Part shown: positions 1 to 8,795 of the stretch, one piece after another
Numbering within the stretch: the first letter of the stretch is position 1
Layout of the letters: each line of letters starts with the position of its first letter
DNA from: a virus
Taxonomy: Duplodnaviria > Caudoviricetes
Direction: 5' to 3' (one strand)
Length of the DNA stretch: 53,013 bases
Virus record (IMG/VR): IMGVR_UViG_3300032086_003020
Location: 1 to 53,013 of that record
Made by a program: the position numbers and the translations under genes
The notes under the pieces: model-generated
Told to the model about the DNA's origin: nothing
The model's database searches: none
The model's input: the letters and a program-made list of their open reading frames with translations, nothing else

Positions 1-782
1 TGGACTCTAATCCTGATGGATATTGCTTGTATTTTGATACTGAGGCAGCTGTCAATAAGTCACTCCTAGAAAGTCGTGGTATTGATCTTGACAGATTAGT
101 TGTTGTCAATGTTGTAACAATTGAAGAGTTCCGTAGCAAGGCACTCAAGGCAGTAGATATATACTTAAAAAAACCTGTAGATGAACGCAAACCTTGCATG
201 TTTGTATTAGACTCCTTAGGTATGCTCTCAACTGAAAAGGAGATCACTGACGCATTAAACGACAAGCAAGTTCGTGACATGACCAAATCTCAACTGGTCA
301 AGGGTGCTTTTAGGATGCTTACATTGAAGTTGGGACAGGCAAACATTCCAATGATTGTAACTAATCATACCTATGATGTTATCGGTTCTTATGTTCCTAC
401 AAAAGAAATGGGTGGTGGCAGTGGACTCAAGTATGCTGCCTCTACGATCATTTATCTCAGCAAGAAAAAAGAAAAGGATGGAACAGAAATTGTTGGAAAC
501 ATTATCAAGGCAAAGACTGCTAAGTCGCGTTTAAGTAAAGAAAATAAAGATGTGGAGATTCGTCTTTATTATGATGAGCGTGGTCTCGATCGTTATTATG
601 GTCTGCTAGAATTAGGTGAACTTGGTGGACTATGGAAGAATGTAGCAGGTCGTTATGAGATGGATGGCAAAAAAGTTTATGCCAAACAAATTTTGAAAGA
701 CCCAGAAACTTATTTCACTCCTGAAGTGATGGAACAATTGGACGAGATCGCAAAGAAGGAGTTTAGTTATGGAGAAAGTTGA
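1..782 (+). CDS. uvsX: UvsX RecA-like recombinase (5' truncated)
   Basis: YFDTE, Walker B VLDSLG, GGGSGLKY motifs; frame is open upstream of 27; adjacent to gp41. Confidence 0.95.
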   Translation, partial: DSNPDGYCLYFDTEAAVNKSLLESRGIDLDRLVVVNVVTIEEFRSKALKAVDIYLKKPVDERKPCMFVLDSLGMLSTEKEITDALNDKQVRDMTKSQLVKGAFRMLTLKLGQANIPMIVTNHTYDVIGSYVPTKEMGGGSGLKYAASTIIYLSKKKEKDGTEIVGNIIKAKTAKSRLSKENKDVEIRLYYDERGLDRYYGLLELGELGGLWKNVAGRYEMDGKKVYAKQILKDPETYFTPEVMEQLDEIAKKEFSYGES

Positions 783-2145
783 GTTTCTAATTCTTAGAAA
801 CCTTTTATATAATGAAGAGTATGCAAGGAAAGTTATACCTTTCCTTAAACCAGATTACTTTGAAGATACATCTCAAAAAATTATCTTTGAAGAAATCTCT
901 AAATTTATTGATGAGTATAATAAACTTGCCACCAAAGAAATTCTTTGCATTGAAGTAGAGAATAGAAAAGATATCAATGACTCTTCATTCAAAGAAGTTG
1001 TTGAGATTATTCAAAATCTAGATGATGTTTCTAGTGAATTTGAATGGATAATTGATACTACTGAGAAGTGGTGTCGTGATCGTGCTATTTACCTAGCACT
1101 CATGGAATCCATTTATATTGCTGATGGAAATGATGAGGAGAGAAATCGTGATGCGATTCCTTCAATTCTTTCTGATGCTCTTGCTGTCAGTTTTGACAAT
1201 CACGTCGGTCACGATTACTTAAACGATTACGAAAAAAGATATGAACTCTACCATAGGAAGGAAGAAAAGATCGAATTTGATCTTGAATACTTTAACAAAA
1301 TCACGAAAGGTGGGATCCCTAACAAAACTCTTAATATCGCTCTTGCTGGTACGGGTGTCGGAAAATCTCTATTCATGTGCCATGTGGCTAGCTCCGTCTT
1401 GCTCCAAGGGAGGAACGTTCTCTACATTACAATGGAGATGGCAGAAGAGAGAATTGCTGAACGAATTGATGCGAACCTCCTGAACGTTCCCATTCAAGAG
1501 ATTACTAATCTTCCTAAGATGATGTTTGAGAATAAGGTAACAAACTTATCGCAAAAAACTCAAGGATCACTTATAATTAAAGAATATCCAACCGCATCTG
1601 CACACAGTGGACATTTTAGAGCACTTCTTAATGAGCTTGCACTTAAGAAGTCATTTAGACCTGATATTATTTTCATTGATTACCTTAATATATGTGCTTC
1701 CTCACGATATCGCGGTAATCTTTCTGTCAATTCATACAGCTATATTAAGGCTATTGCAGAAGAACTTAGAGGGTTGGCTGTTGAAGCAAACGTCCCTATC
1801 GTTTCTGCCACGCAGACCACTCGTTCTGGTTATGGTAGCTCTGATGTTGACATTACTGATACTAGTGAGTCCTTTGGTCTCCCTGCTACTGCTGATCTTA
1901 TGTTTGCCCTCATCTCTTCTGAGGAACTTGAAAACCTAGGGCAAATTATGGTGAAGCAATTGAAGAATCGTTATAACGATCCCACTGTCAATAAGAGATT
2001 TGTTGTCGGTATTGATCGTGCCAAGATGCGTCTCTACGATTGTGAGCAGTCTGCCCAGAATGATATTCTTGACTCAGGGCAGGATGAGGAGTATAATAAT
2101 GAGGAACACAATGTTAAAAAATCATTTGAGGGATTCAAGTTCTGA
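769..2145 (+). CDS. 41: T4 gp41-like DnaB replicative helicase
   Basis: Walker A AGTGVGKS, IFIDY, SATQTTR, KQLKNRY motifs. Confidence 0.96.
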   Translation: MEKVEFLILRNLLYNEEYARKVIPFLKPDYFEDTSQKIIFEEISKFIDEYNKLATKEILCIEVENRKDINDSSFKEVVEIIQNLDDVSSEFEWIIDTTEKWCRDRAIYLALMESIYIADGNDEERNRDAIPSILSDALAVSFDNHVGHDYLNDYEKRYELYHRKEEKIEFDLEYFNKITKGGIPNKTLNIALAGTGVGKSLFMCHVASSVLLQGRNVLYITMEMAEERIAERIDANLLNVPIQEITNLPKMMFENKVTNLSQKTQGSLIIKEYPTASAHSGHFRALLNELALKKSFRPDIIFIDYLNICASSRYRGNLSVNSYSYIKAIAEELRGLAVEANVPIVSATQTTRSGYGSSDVDITDTSESFGLPATADLMFALISSEELENLGQIMVKQLKNRYNDPTVNKRFVVGIDRAKMRLYDCEQSAQNDILDSGQDEEYNNEEHNVKKSFEGFKF

Positions 2146-2393
2146 TGTATTCTGTATTTAACCCACGTGGTGAAAAAATTGCCGACTGTGGATCTCTCAG
2201 AGATGCTACTAATCTTGTCGGCATGAGAAATGTCAGATGGGATGGTCATTATTATCAGTTCAAACCAGACTATCAAACGATTGATTTGGAACCATTTCCA
2301 CAAAATCAACTTCCAACTATTACAATTGCGGGACAAGAAATCCCCATTCAACAAGAACTACCAAACACACAACAAGAACCACTAGATTTATGA
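2145..2393 (+). CDS. hypothetical protein
   Basis: ORF translationally coupled to gp41 stop (TGATG). Confidence 0.65.
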   Translation: MYSVFNPRGEKIADCGSLRDATNLVGMRNVRWDGHYYQFKPDYQTIDLEPFPQNQLPTITIAGQEIPIQQELPNTQQEPLDL

Positions 2394-2857
2394 CTATTTC
2401 TATTAGTAAGGAAGAAACACCAGAAGGAACTAAATTTACTATGTCACAAGATAAAGTAGATACTCAAAAATACTTGGAGTTTGTCGATGCCGTCACGTCA
2501 AATGAAAGTAAAAACTATTACGATTTCGCACAAAGGATTGCGATCCTCCAAGATCGTGACGACTTTCCTACCGAGCGACTGCTTACTGCTGCTGTAGGAA
2601 TGTCTGCAGAAGCAGGTGAGTTTACTGAGATTATCAAAAAGATTATTTTCCAAGGCAAACCTGTTAATGAAGAAAACCTTTTCCATCTAAAACGTGAACT
2701 GGGCGACATCATGTGGTATGTTGCTCAAGCATGTATTGGTCTTGATATTTCTCTTGATGAAGTCATGGAGATGAATGTTGAGAAACTGGTTGCACGTTAT
2801 CCTGGTGGAGAGTTTGATGTCCACTATTCTGAAAACCGTAAGGAGGGAGACCTATGA
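2390..2857 (+). CDS. mazG: MazG-like nucleotide pyrophosphohydrolase
   Basis: GMSAEAGEFTE...RELGDIMWY all-alpha NTP-PPase motif. Confidence 0.92.
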   Translation: MTISISKEETPEGTKFTMSQDKVDTQKYLEFVDAVTSNESKNYYDFAQRIAILQDRDDFPTERLLTAAVGMSAEAGEFTEIIKKIIFQGKPVNEENLFHLKRELGDIMWYVAQACIGLDISLDEVMEMNVEKLVARYPGGEFDVHYSENRKEGDL

Positions 2858-2997
2858 CCAAACGTGAATTTACTACTAAGTCTGGAGACACCTTTGTTTG
2901 GGAAGAGACTGAAGAAACCCGTAAAGCAGTAGAAGAACTGCATAAGACTATTCGTGATTTGGAAAAGAAAGCACCTGATTATGGAGTAGGTAAATGA
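2854..2997 (+). CDS. small hypothetical protein (47 aa, MTKREFTTKSG...)
   Basis: Read by hand; ATGA overlaps at both ends and AGGAGG RBS. Confidence 0.65.
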   Translation: MTKREFTTKSGDTFVWEETEETRKAVEELHKTIRDLEKKAPDYGVGK

Positions 2998-3203
2998 AAA
3001 AACTTACACTAGAAGATTATCAGAAAGCAGGTGAAGAGTTCTGGCCCAAGTATTGGTACATTGCCAAAGAACTTGGTGAGGATGCCAAACCAGAACAAGT
3101 CTTGAAAGTTATGGAGGCAATCGGTGGTCTTGCTTTAAAACTTGCACTAGAAGAAAAACTTTCTCCATTTGGATTTAACAAAAAAACTGATGACTCAAAC
3201 TGA
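2994..3203 (+). CDS. hypothetical protein
   Basis: Coupled ORF with GGAG RBS. Confidence 0.7.
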   Translation: MKKLTLEDYQKAGEEFWPKYWYIAKELGEDAKPEQVLKVMEAIGGLALKLALEEKLSPFGFNKKTDDSN

Positions 3204-3447
3204 TACTATTAACGAAGTTGTTATTGTTCCAGAAAATGCTGAACTTATCGATGATGTATTTTATGTTTGGAAAACTAGGTTTGGACTATACTCGACTATG
3301 ACCAAAGAGGGTCGTAAGATGCTCACTGGTGGTACTTATGATGGTGTAGTTCATATGACTCGTTGGCATCTTCAGTGTGAACAAGAAGGAACACTTCACT
3401 TATACACTAGGGTTGTTAATTCTGGTGTTGTGGGAGGTAAACTTTAA
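3190..3447 (+). CDS. hypothetical protein
   Basis: ORF; ATG at 3190 preferred over 3169. Confidence 0.7.
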   Translation: MTQTDTINEVVIVPENAELIDDVFYVWKTRFGLYSTMTKEGRKMLTGGTYDGVVHMTRWHLQCEQEGTLHLYTRVVNSGVVGGKL

Positions 3448-3453
3448 TAAATA
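3446..3453 (+). promoter_or_regulatory. T4-type late promoter
   Basis: AATAAATA just upstream of 3476 ORF. Confidence 0.6.
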
Positions 3454-3475
3454 AAAGAAAAGTGTTTCTATAAAG

Positions 3476-4495
3476 ATGGACAGCAAACTCTACAGAACTC
3501 TTGCAGAATCTTATGCTGCAGTATATGACCAAGATTTAAATGAAGATCTTATTGAGCAGTATGAGTTCGTTGATGAACTAACTGACGAAGATCTAACCGA
3601 TGTTGTTGAAGAAGTTATTGTTGATCTTCTAGAAGAAGGTTATGACTTCGATGATGTTGAGGATATTCTTAAGGAAGAACTCATCGGGGAAATTCTTTCC
3701 GAAGCAAGAGTTGACATGGCAGCTCGTGCAGCAAGACGTAGAGAGCAAGCAGCAGCATCTGAAAAGTCTGCTAAGGCAGCAAGAAAAGCAGGTGCAGCAG
3801 TAGTCTCTAAGGAAAAGAGAGCAGAGAGAGTTGCTAGAGTAAAGAGTGCTGTTAAGTCTGGTGTTGCAAAGGCAAAAACTGCCGCAAAAGCAGGTGTTGC
3901 TAAAGCAAAAGAAGCAGGAAGAGAAGCAAAGTTCCAAGCAGTAGATAAGAAAGTTGCTGCATATGCAAATAAGAGAGGACTTCATAAAGCACCTGGAATG
4001 GCAGCAAGATCTAAAGATCCTGCAAAGAGAAGAGGTTTAAGAGCAACTGTTGCTAAGGACATTGCTTCCAGAGCAAGTGCTAAGGCAAAATCTAAGGCAA
4101 AGGAAGTTAAGGGTAAAGCAACTCAAAAGGCAGCATCTGCTGCAGTCTCTGGATATGCTGCTGGTCGTGCCGCTAAGCAAGCAGCAGGTGATGTTGCAGG
4201 AAGAGCAAAGCAAAGTGCTAAAAACATGGCAGCACGTGCTGGTAGAGCAGCAGGTGAGGCTAAGGCAAAAGCAAAGAGTGGAGTTAAAGGTCTCATTAGA
4301 AAAGCAGCAGAGAAAGTTGCATCTGGTGCTACTAAAGTTGCTAAGAGAATGAGTGAAGAGTATGATCAGTATGATCTAGTTCTTGAGTTCCTTCAAGCAG
4401 AGGGAATTGCTGAATCTCTAGAAGAAGCAAAGACCATCATGATCAACGAACTTGATCGTGAGGATATTGAGACAATCACAAGTCTCTATAACTGA
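3476..4495 (+). CDS. Ala/Lys-rich protein with acidic termini, putative internal head protein
   Basis: Acidic N-terminus ending ILSE|AR, ~215-aa Ala/Lys/Arg-rich core, acidic C-terminal module; late promoter. Confidence 0.6.
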   Translation: MDSKLYRTLAESYAAVYDQDLNEDLIEQYEFVDELTDEDLTDVVEEVIVDLLEEGYDFDDVEDILKEELIGEILSEARVDMAARAARRREQAAASEKSAKAARKAGAAVVSKEKRAERVARVKSAVKSGVAKAKTAAKAGVAKAKEAGREAKFQAVDKKVAAYANKRGLHKAPGMAARSKDPAKRRGLRATVAKDIASRASAKAKSKAKEVKGKATQKAASAAVSGYAAGRAAKQAAGDVAGRAKQSAKNMAARAGRAAGEAKAKAKSGVKGLIRKAAEKVASGATKVAKRMSEEYDQYDLVLEFLQAEGIAESLEEAKTIMINELDREDIETITSLYN

Positions 4496-4511
4496 TACTA
4501 CCAAGACCCTC

Positions 4512-4540
4512 TTGACAGATCGTCTTGAGGGTCTTATAAT
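4512..4540 (+). promoter_or_regulatory. sigma70-type early promoter
   Basis: TTGACA-17 bp-TATAAT, perfect consensus, upstream of tRNA-Ala. Confidence 0.9.
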
Positions 4541-4550
4541 ATCTTGAGTT

Positions 4551-4623
4551 GGGGAATTAGCTCAGATGGTAGAGCAACTGCTTTGCACGCAGTAGGTCAG
4601 GAGTTCGACTCTCCTATTCTCCA
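4551..4623 (+). tRNA. tRNA-Ala(TGC)
   Basis: Cloverleaf GGGGAAT/ATTCTCC with G3:U70, anticodon arm ACTGC-TTTGCAC-GCAGT, GTTCGA T-loop; CCA not encoded. Confidence 0.95.
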
Positions 4624-4625
4624 TT

Positions 4626-4633
4626 TATAAATA
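4626..4633 (+). promoter_or_regulatory. T4-type late promoter
   Basis: TATAAATA upstream of nucleotidyltransferase. Confidence 0.75.
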
Positions 4634-4668
4634 ATAGGAAGACATTTCGTCAGCAAATCCCTATAATA

Positions 4669-5886
4669 ATGAAAAGTTTTTTCCAGTTCCTGAAAGAAGC
4701 AGAGTCTGCCGCAGCACTGCAGGCAAAGAAACTGAATCTAAAGAGTGATGGTCACGGAGGGTGGTATGACTCCCGTGGTGAATTTGTAGCAAAGACGGAA
4801 GGTGGAAAGTTAAAGTTTTATAGTAAGAACCAAAAGGTTGGTGAGAGAGATCCCAACCAGAATACTAATCAAACTGCACAGAAGCAAGACGAAACTAAAA
4901 AGAAGCAAAAAGAAGTAGAAGCACCTAAGGGTAAGGAAGCACCACCTGAAGAAGGTAAAGAAACTCAGACAGAAACTCTAACTGTTGTGTTTGGTCGTTT
5001 TAATCCACCAACTGTTGGACATGAAAAACTTCTAAGTGCAGCTAAGAAAGCATCTGCAGGTGAAGATTATAAAGTATATCCATCAAGAACTCAGGATGCT
5101 AAAAAGAATCCACTTGATGTTGATCTAAAAGTTTCTTTCATGAAGAAGATGTTCCCTGATTATGAGGAGAATATTATTAATGATCCTGACATGAGAAACA
5201 TTTTTGATGTTCTCATTGCAGCAAATGAAGAAGGATATACCTCAGTCAATATTGTTGTTGGATCTGATCGTCAAGCAGAGTTTGAGAATCTGGCACAAAA
5301 GTATAATGGTCAACTCTATGAGTTTGATTTGATTCGTGTTATTTCTGCTGGTGTCCGTGATGCTGATGCAGAAGGTGTAGAAGGAATGTCTGCATCCAAG
5401 ATGCGTAAGGCAGTTATGGATGATGACTTTGAGTCATTCCGTCGTGGTACTCCTAAGACTCTTGATGATGGTGATGCTCAATCACTCTTTGATGCAGTCC
5501 GTCAAGGAATGAAAGTTAAGAAGAAAAAAGTTACTGCAGAAATGTGGGAAGTTGCTCCAAAGTATGATCATAAAGGACTTCGTGAAAATTATGTTTCTGG
5601 AAACATTTTCAATCTAGGTGACATTGTAGAAAATCTAAACACTGGATTGGTTGGTGAGATTATTCGTAGAGGAACTAATCATCTCATCTGTGTTACCAAA
5701 GAGAACTATATGTTCAAATCTTGGATTAAAGATGTAATGGAAGCAGTTGTAAATTATCCTGGTCCTTCTGGTGTCCCTGCAGATCAGAGAGAAGTAGGAA
5801 CTGATGCTCATCGTAAATATGCAATGAGAATGACTGGATTGCAGGATATCAAGAATTTTATAAATAAGTATAAGGCTAAAAAGTAA
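4669..5886 (+). CDS. cytidylyltransferase-family (HxGH-type) nucleotidyltransferase
   Basis: VFGRFNPPTVGH, IVVGSDR and MSASKMR motifs. Confidence 0.85.
   Translation: MKSFFQFLKEAESAAALQAKKLNLKSDGHGGWYDSRGEFVAKTEGGKLKFYSKNQKVGERDPNQNTNQTAQKQDETKKKQKEVEAPKGKEAPPEEGKETQTETLTVVFGRFNPPTVGHEKLLSAAKKASAGEDYKVYPSRTQDAKKNPLDVDLKVSFMKKMFPDYEENIINDPDMRNIFDVLIAANEEGYTSVNIVVGSDRQAEFENLAQKYNGQLYEFDLIRVISAGVRDADAEGVEGMSASKMRKAVMDDDFESFRRGTPKTLDDGDAQSLFDAVRQGMKVKKKKVTAEMWEVAPKYDHKGLRENYVSGNIFNLGDIVENLNTGLVGEIIRRGTNHLICVTKENYMFKSWIKDVMEAVVNYPGPSGVPADQREVGTDAHRKYAMRMTGLQDIKNFINKYKAKK
5859..5866 (+). promoter_or_regulatory. T4-type late promoter
   Basis: TATAAATA upstream of 5901 ORF. Confidence 0.65.
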
Positions 5887-5900
5887 AAACACTTATACTC

Positions 5901-8060
5901 ATGTCAATGAATCCTCTTAACGATATCTCTCAAGTATATCTTGAGAAGGTAGCAAACGTTGTTGAAGCAAAAAAGTCTTCTAAAAAAGAAAAACATATTA
6001 AAGCTGCCAAAGCAGGTAAACGTTGGCAGGATTCTGATGGTGACGGAAAATGGTATGAACCAGGTGAAGATGTTGCTGTAAAGGAAGCAAAGCACGCTAC
6101 TGCAAAGCAGATGCATTCTCCACACGAAGTTCCTTCTGCAAATATAAAGGGTCTTGTAAAGAAAGCAGTTAAGAGAATTGATACTGATGTGGATGGTGAT
6201 ACAGATAAAAACGATAAGGCAAAAGGAGAACTTGGAGAATTTATTCCTGGTGTAGGAAATAAAAGACTATATTCAACAACTAAAGTTAGAACTGCAAAAG
6301 AATCATTCTCTAATTGGAGACAAGATCTTATTGAAGTTATTGATAGTGATGATGAAGAGAAAAAGCAAGTAAAAGAAAAGAACGTAAAGAATACTATTAA
6401 GATTAATCCTAAGATTTCTGAAGAAGTTACTATCGTTGAGATGGTAGAACTATCTGAAGATCATGAACTTGAAACACTAAATTCAGCAGTAGATTTCTTT
6501 GTTGAGGAAGGTATCAACGAAGATGGTCTTGAAATGGTAATTGAAGAACTGGGTCTTGAAGAGTTTGTTGATCTAGTATATGAAGTTGGTTATGAAACTC
6601 TTTCTGAAGCAAGAACATTAACTGGAAAGAAGAAGAATCCTAAGAGACTTCCTAAGGGAACTGCTCCAGCAAAAACTACAAAGGCAACTATTGCTAAAGG
6701 TGGTAGAACTATAAAAGCAGCATCACCTTCTGGTGCATTTAAGAGAAGACCTGCAGCAGCAAAGGCAGTTGAAACTGCTAAGAAAGAGCAACCTAAGAAG
6801 AAGCCAGTTAGAGATGCTATTGCAAGAGGTGTATTTGGTGCTGTGAAAGCATACAAAGCAGGTATGGAACGTCACAAAAAGGCAATGGGTGCTGCAAAAG
6901 AAACTGGTAAAACTATTGCTAAGGCAGCAGCAGTAACTCATGAGGCAGGTCGTCGTGTTGGTCAAACCAAGGCAGGGCAAGCAGTTAAGAAAGCAGGTAT
7001 TGCAGCACTCAAAGCAGGTGCTGAAAAAGCAAAGAAAGACATTGAGTCTCTAAAGGCAAAGAATAGAGTGAAAAAGGAAGAGTATGAATTTTCTAATTGG
7101 AGAGACGATTTCAAAGCATTAGAAATTGAGACCGTTGATCTTATTAGTGCTGAAGAATTAGAACTTGAAGAGGGACTCTTTGGTAAGAAGAAGAGACCAC
7201 TAGGACCTCCAAAGGCAAGATATGGTGGTTCTTCAGAACCAACTAAAGATACTAGATATCAAGTCTCAAAAGCAGATGTTAAAGCAAATACACCTGCTGC
7301 TCAAAGATTAGCTGCTGGTGATAAGAGATATAAGATGATTGGTGAAGAGGGTATTGATGAAGTCTATAAGGGTAAGCACGGTCAGTCTGACAAAGAGTAT
7401 GCTGACTCACGTTCCCCTGGTGGAAAGATGGTCTCTGGTGACTCCAAGCAATCAGGTGCTGAATACACTCACGGTCGTAGAGTCAAGGCAGCAAACCCTG
7501 GTATGCAACCTGATGTAGGTGGTAAGACCAAACCAAAGTCTCAGGGTAAAATGGATCGTGGCACCCGTGCTGATCTTGAGTACCGTAAAGCAAACTTGAA
7601 GAAAAATGTTGATGAAGCAGCACAGTCTCAAGAAGATAAAGTTAGGTTGCAAAATGAAAAGAAGAAGCAAATTCTTCTAAGATTGCAGCAAGAAATTCTG
7701 AGGAAGAAAAAGTCTGGGCAATTGCCTGGAGGAACTGCTATGGAATCTGCAGAACTTGATGAAAGAACACGTTATGCTAAGGAAACTGGTAAGGATTACA
7801 CTACTGGTAAACCTTCAGTGAAAGGTGGAGAAGAACCACCTGCAGCAATGAAGCATCTTCAGAAAAAATTCAGAGACACTGGTGGTATGATGTCTTCTAG
7901 AAAGAAGCCAATTCAACCTCAGGGACAGAAGAAAACTCCTGGCAAAAAAGGTTATCAGGGTGTAACTCCTGTTGATAAAATTAAAGGACAACTTGCTAAG
8001 AAGAGAGCACCAAAACCAGATCCATATGGTTATGGTCAAGGTCGTTATCAAGGAGACTGA
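5901..8060 (+). CDS. 719-aa modular acidic/basic protein, putative protease-processed internal head polyprotein
   Basis: Alternating acidic and Lys-rich blocks, repeated FSNWRxD motif, many [LIV]xE boundaries. Confidence 0.6.
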   Translation: MSMNPLNDISQVYLEKVANVVEAKKSSKKEKHIKAAKAGKRWQDSDGDGKWYEPGEDVAVKEAKHATAKQMHSPHEVPSANIKGLVKKAVKRIDTDVDGDTDKNDKAKGELGEFIPGVGNKRLYSTTKVRTAKESFSNWRQDLIEVIDSDDEEKKQVKEKNVKNTIKINPKISEEVTIVEMVELSEDHELETLNSAVDFFVEEGINEDGLEMVIEELGLEEFVDLVYEVGYETLSEARTLTGKKKNPKRLPKGTAPAKTTKATIAKGGRTIKAASPSGAFKRRPAAAKAVETAKKEQPKKKPVRDAIARGVFGAVKAYKAGMERHKKAMGAAKETGKTIAKAAAVTHEAGRRVGQTKAGQAVKKAGIAALKAGAEKAKKDIESLKAKNRVKKEEYEFSNWRDDFKALEIETVDLISAEELELEEGLFGKKKRPLGPPKARYGGSSEPTKDTRYQVSKADVKANTPAAQRLAAGDKRYKMIGEEGIDEVYKGKHGQSDKEYADSRSPGGKMVSGDSKQSGAEYTHGRRVKAANPGMQPDVGGKTKPKSQGKMDRGTRADLEYRKANLKKNVDEAAQSQEDKVRLQNEKKKQILLRLQQEILRKKKSGQLPGGTAMESAELDERTRYAKETGKDYTTGKPSVKGGEEPPAAMKHLQKKFRDTGGMMSSRKKPIQPQGQKKTPGKKGYQGVTPVDKIKGQLAKKRAPKPDPYGYGQGRYQGD

Positions 8061-8062
8061 TT

Positions 8063-8458
8063 ATGCCAGCAGTATCTAAAGCACAACAACGGTTTATGGG
8101 AATGGTCCATGCCGTAAAGAAGGGGGAGATGGAAGCACCTTCCCCAGAAGTTGCTAAAGCAGCAGCATCTATGAAGAAAAAAGATTCTAAAGATTTTGCA
8201 TCAACTAAACATAAAGGTCTTCCTGAAAAGAAAAAGGTTGAGGAAAAAATTGATCTAACTGATCGCAAACAAATGCGTCGTCTTGCTGATACTGACCGAA
8301 GAAATCGTGAACAAGATCTTCGCATGAAACATGGTAAAAAATGGAGAGAGTTTACTCAAGACGTTGAACGAGTAAGAAGTAAGGGTAAAGGTATCCGTGG
8401 AACTCACAAAGGAAAGTGGGGAACATTCAATAAAGGTGTTTTTACACCAGATAATTGA
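8063..8458 (+). CDS. basic protein, DUF3008-like N-terminus
   Basis: MPAVSKAQQR...FASTKHKGLPEK resembles the DUF3008 pattern. Confidence 0.6.
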   Translation: MPAVSKAQQRFMGMVHAVKKGEMEAPSPEVAKAAASMKKKDSKDFASTKHKGLPEKKKVEEKIDLTDRKQMRRLADTDRRNREQDLRMKHGKKWREFTQDVERVRSKGKGIRGTHKGKWGTFNKGVFTPDN

Positions 8459-8489
8459 TATATAGAATATACCCTAATTGAGGTTTATC

Positions 8490-8702
8490 ATGCTCGCATT
8501 CCTACTACCACTCGCATCAAAGATCATTAGAGACGCAGTTGCCAACATTCCTGATAATGAGGAATTAGGTGAGAAACTAGTTGAAGTTTGTTTAGTAATT
8601 CTTAAAAAAGCAGTTACTCTAACTAAAACTGATATGGATGATCAACTACTTGCTGTAGTTGAAAAGGCAATTCTCGCAAGAGAAGAAGCACCTGCTGAGT
8701 GA
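8490..8702 (+). CDS. hypothetical protein
   Basis: GAGG RBS before ATG 8490. Confidence 0.7.
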   Translation: MLAFLLPLASKIIRDAVANIPDNEELGEKLVEVCLVILKKAVTLTKTDMDDQLLAVVEKAILAREEAPAE

Positions 8703-8726
8703 TTATAAATAAAAAAATAAATGATT

Positions 8727-8755
8727 AGGAGATCATTTTGTGGTCTCCTTTTTTT
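8727..8755 (+). terminator. intrinsic terminator followed by late promoter TATAAATA (8755-8762)
   Basis: AGGAGATCA/TGGTCTCCT stem plus T run. Confidence 0.75.
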
Positions 8756-8795
8756 ATAAATATCTAATAGCAAATGTATTCAAAGGAAAAGACAC

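Noticed and set aside
3629-8325. Many Cys/Phe/Leu-rich antisense and alternate-frame ORFs
   Set aside because: They are expected shadows of GCA/AAA-rich coding on the + strand.
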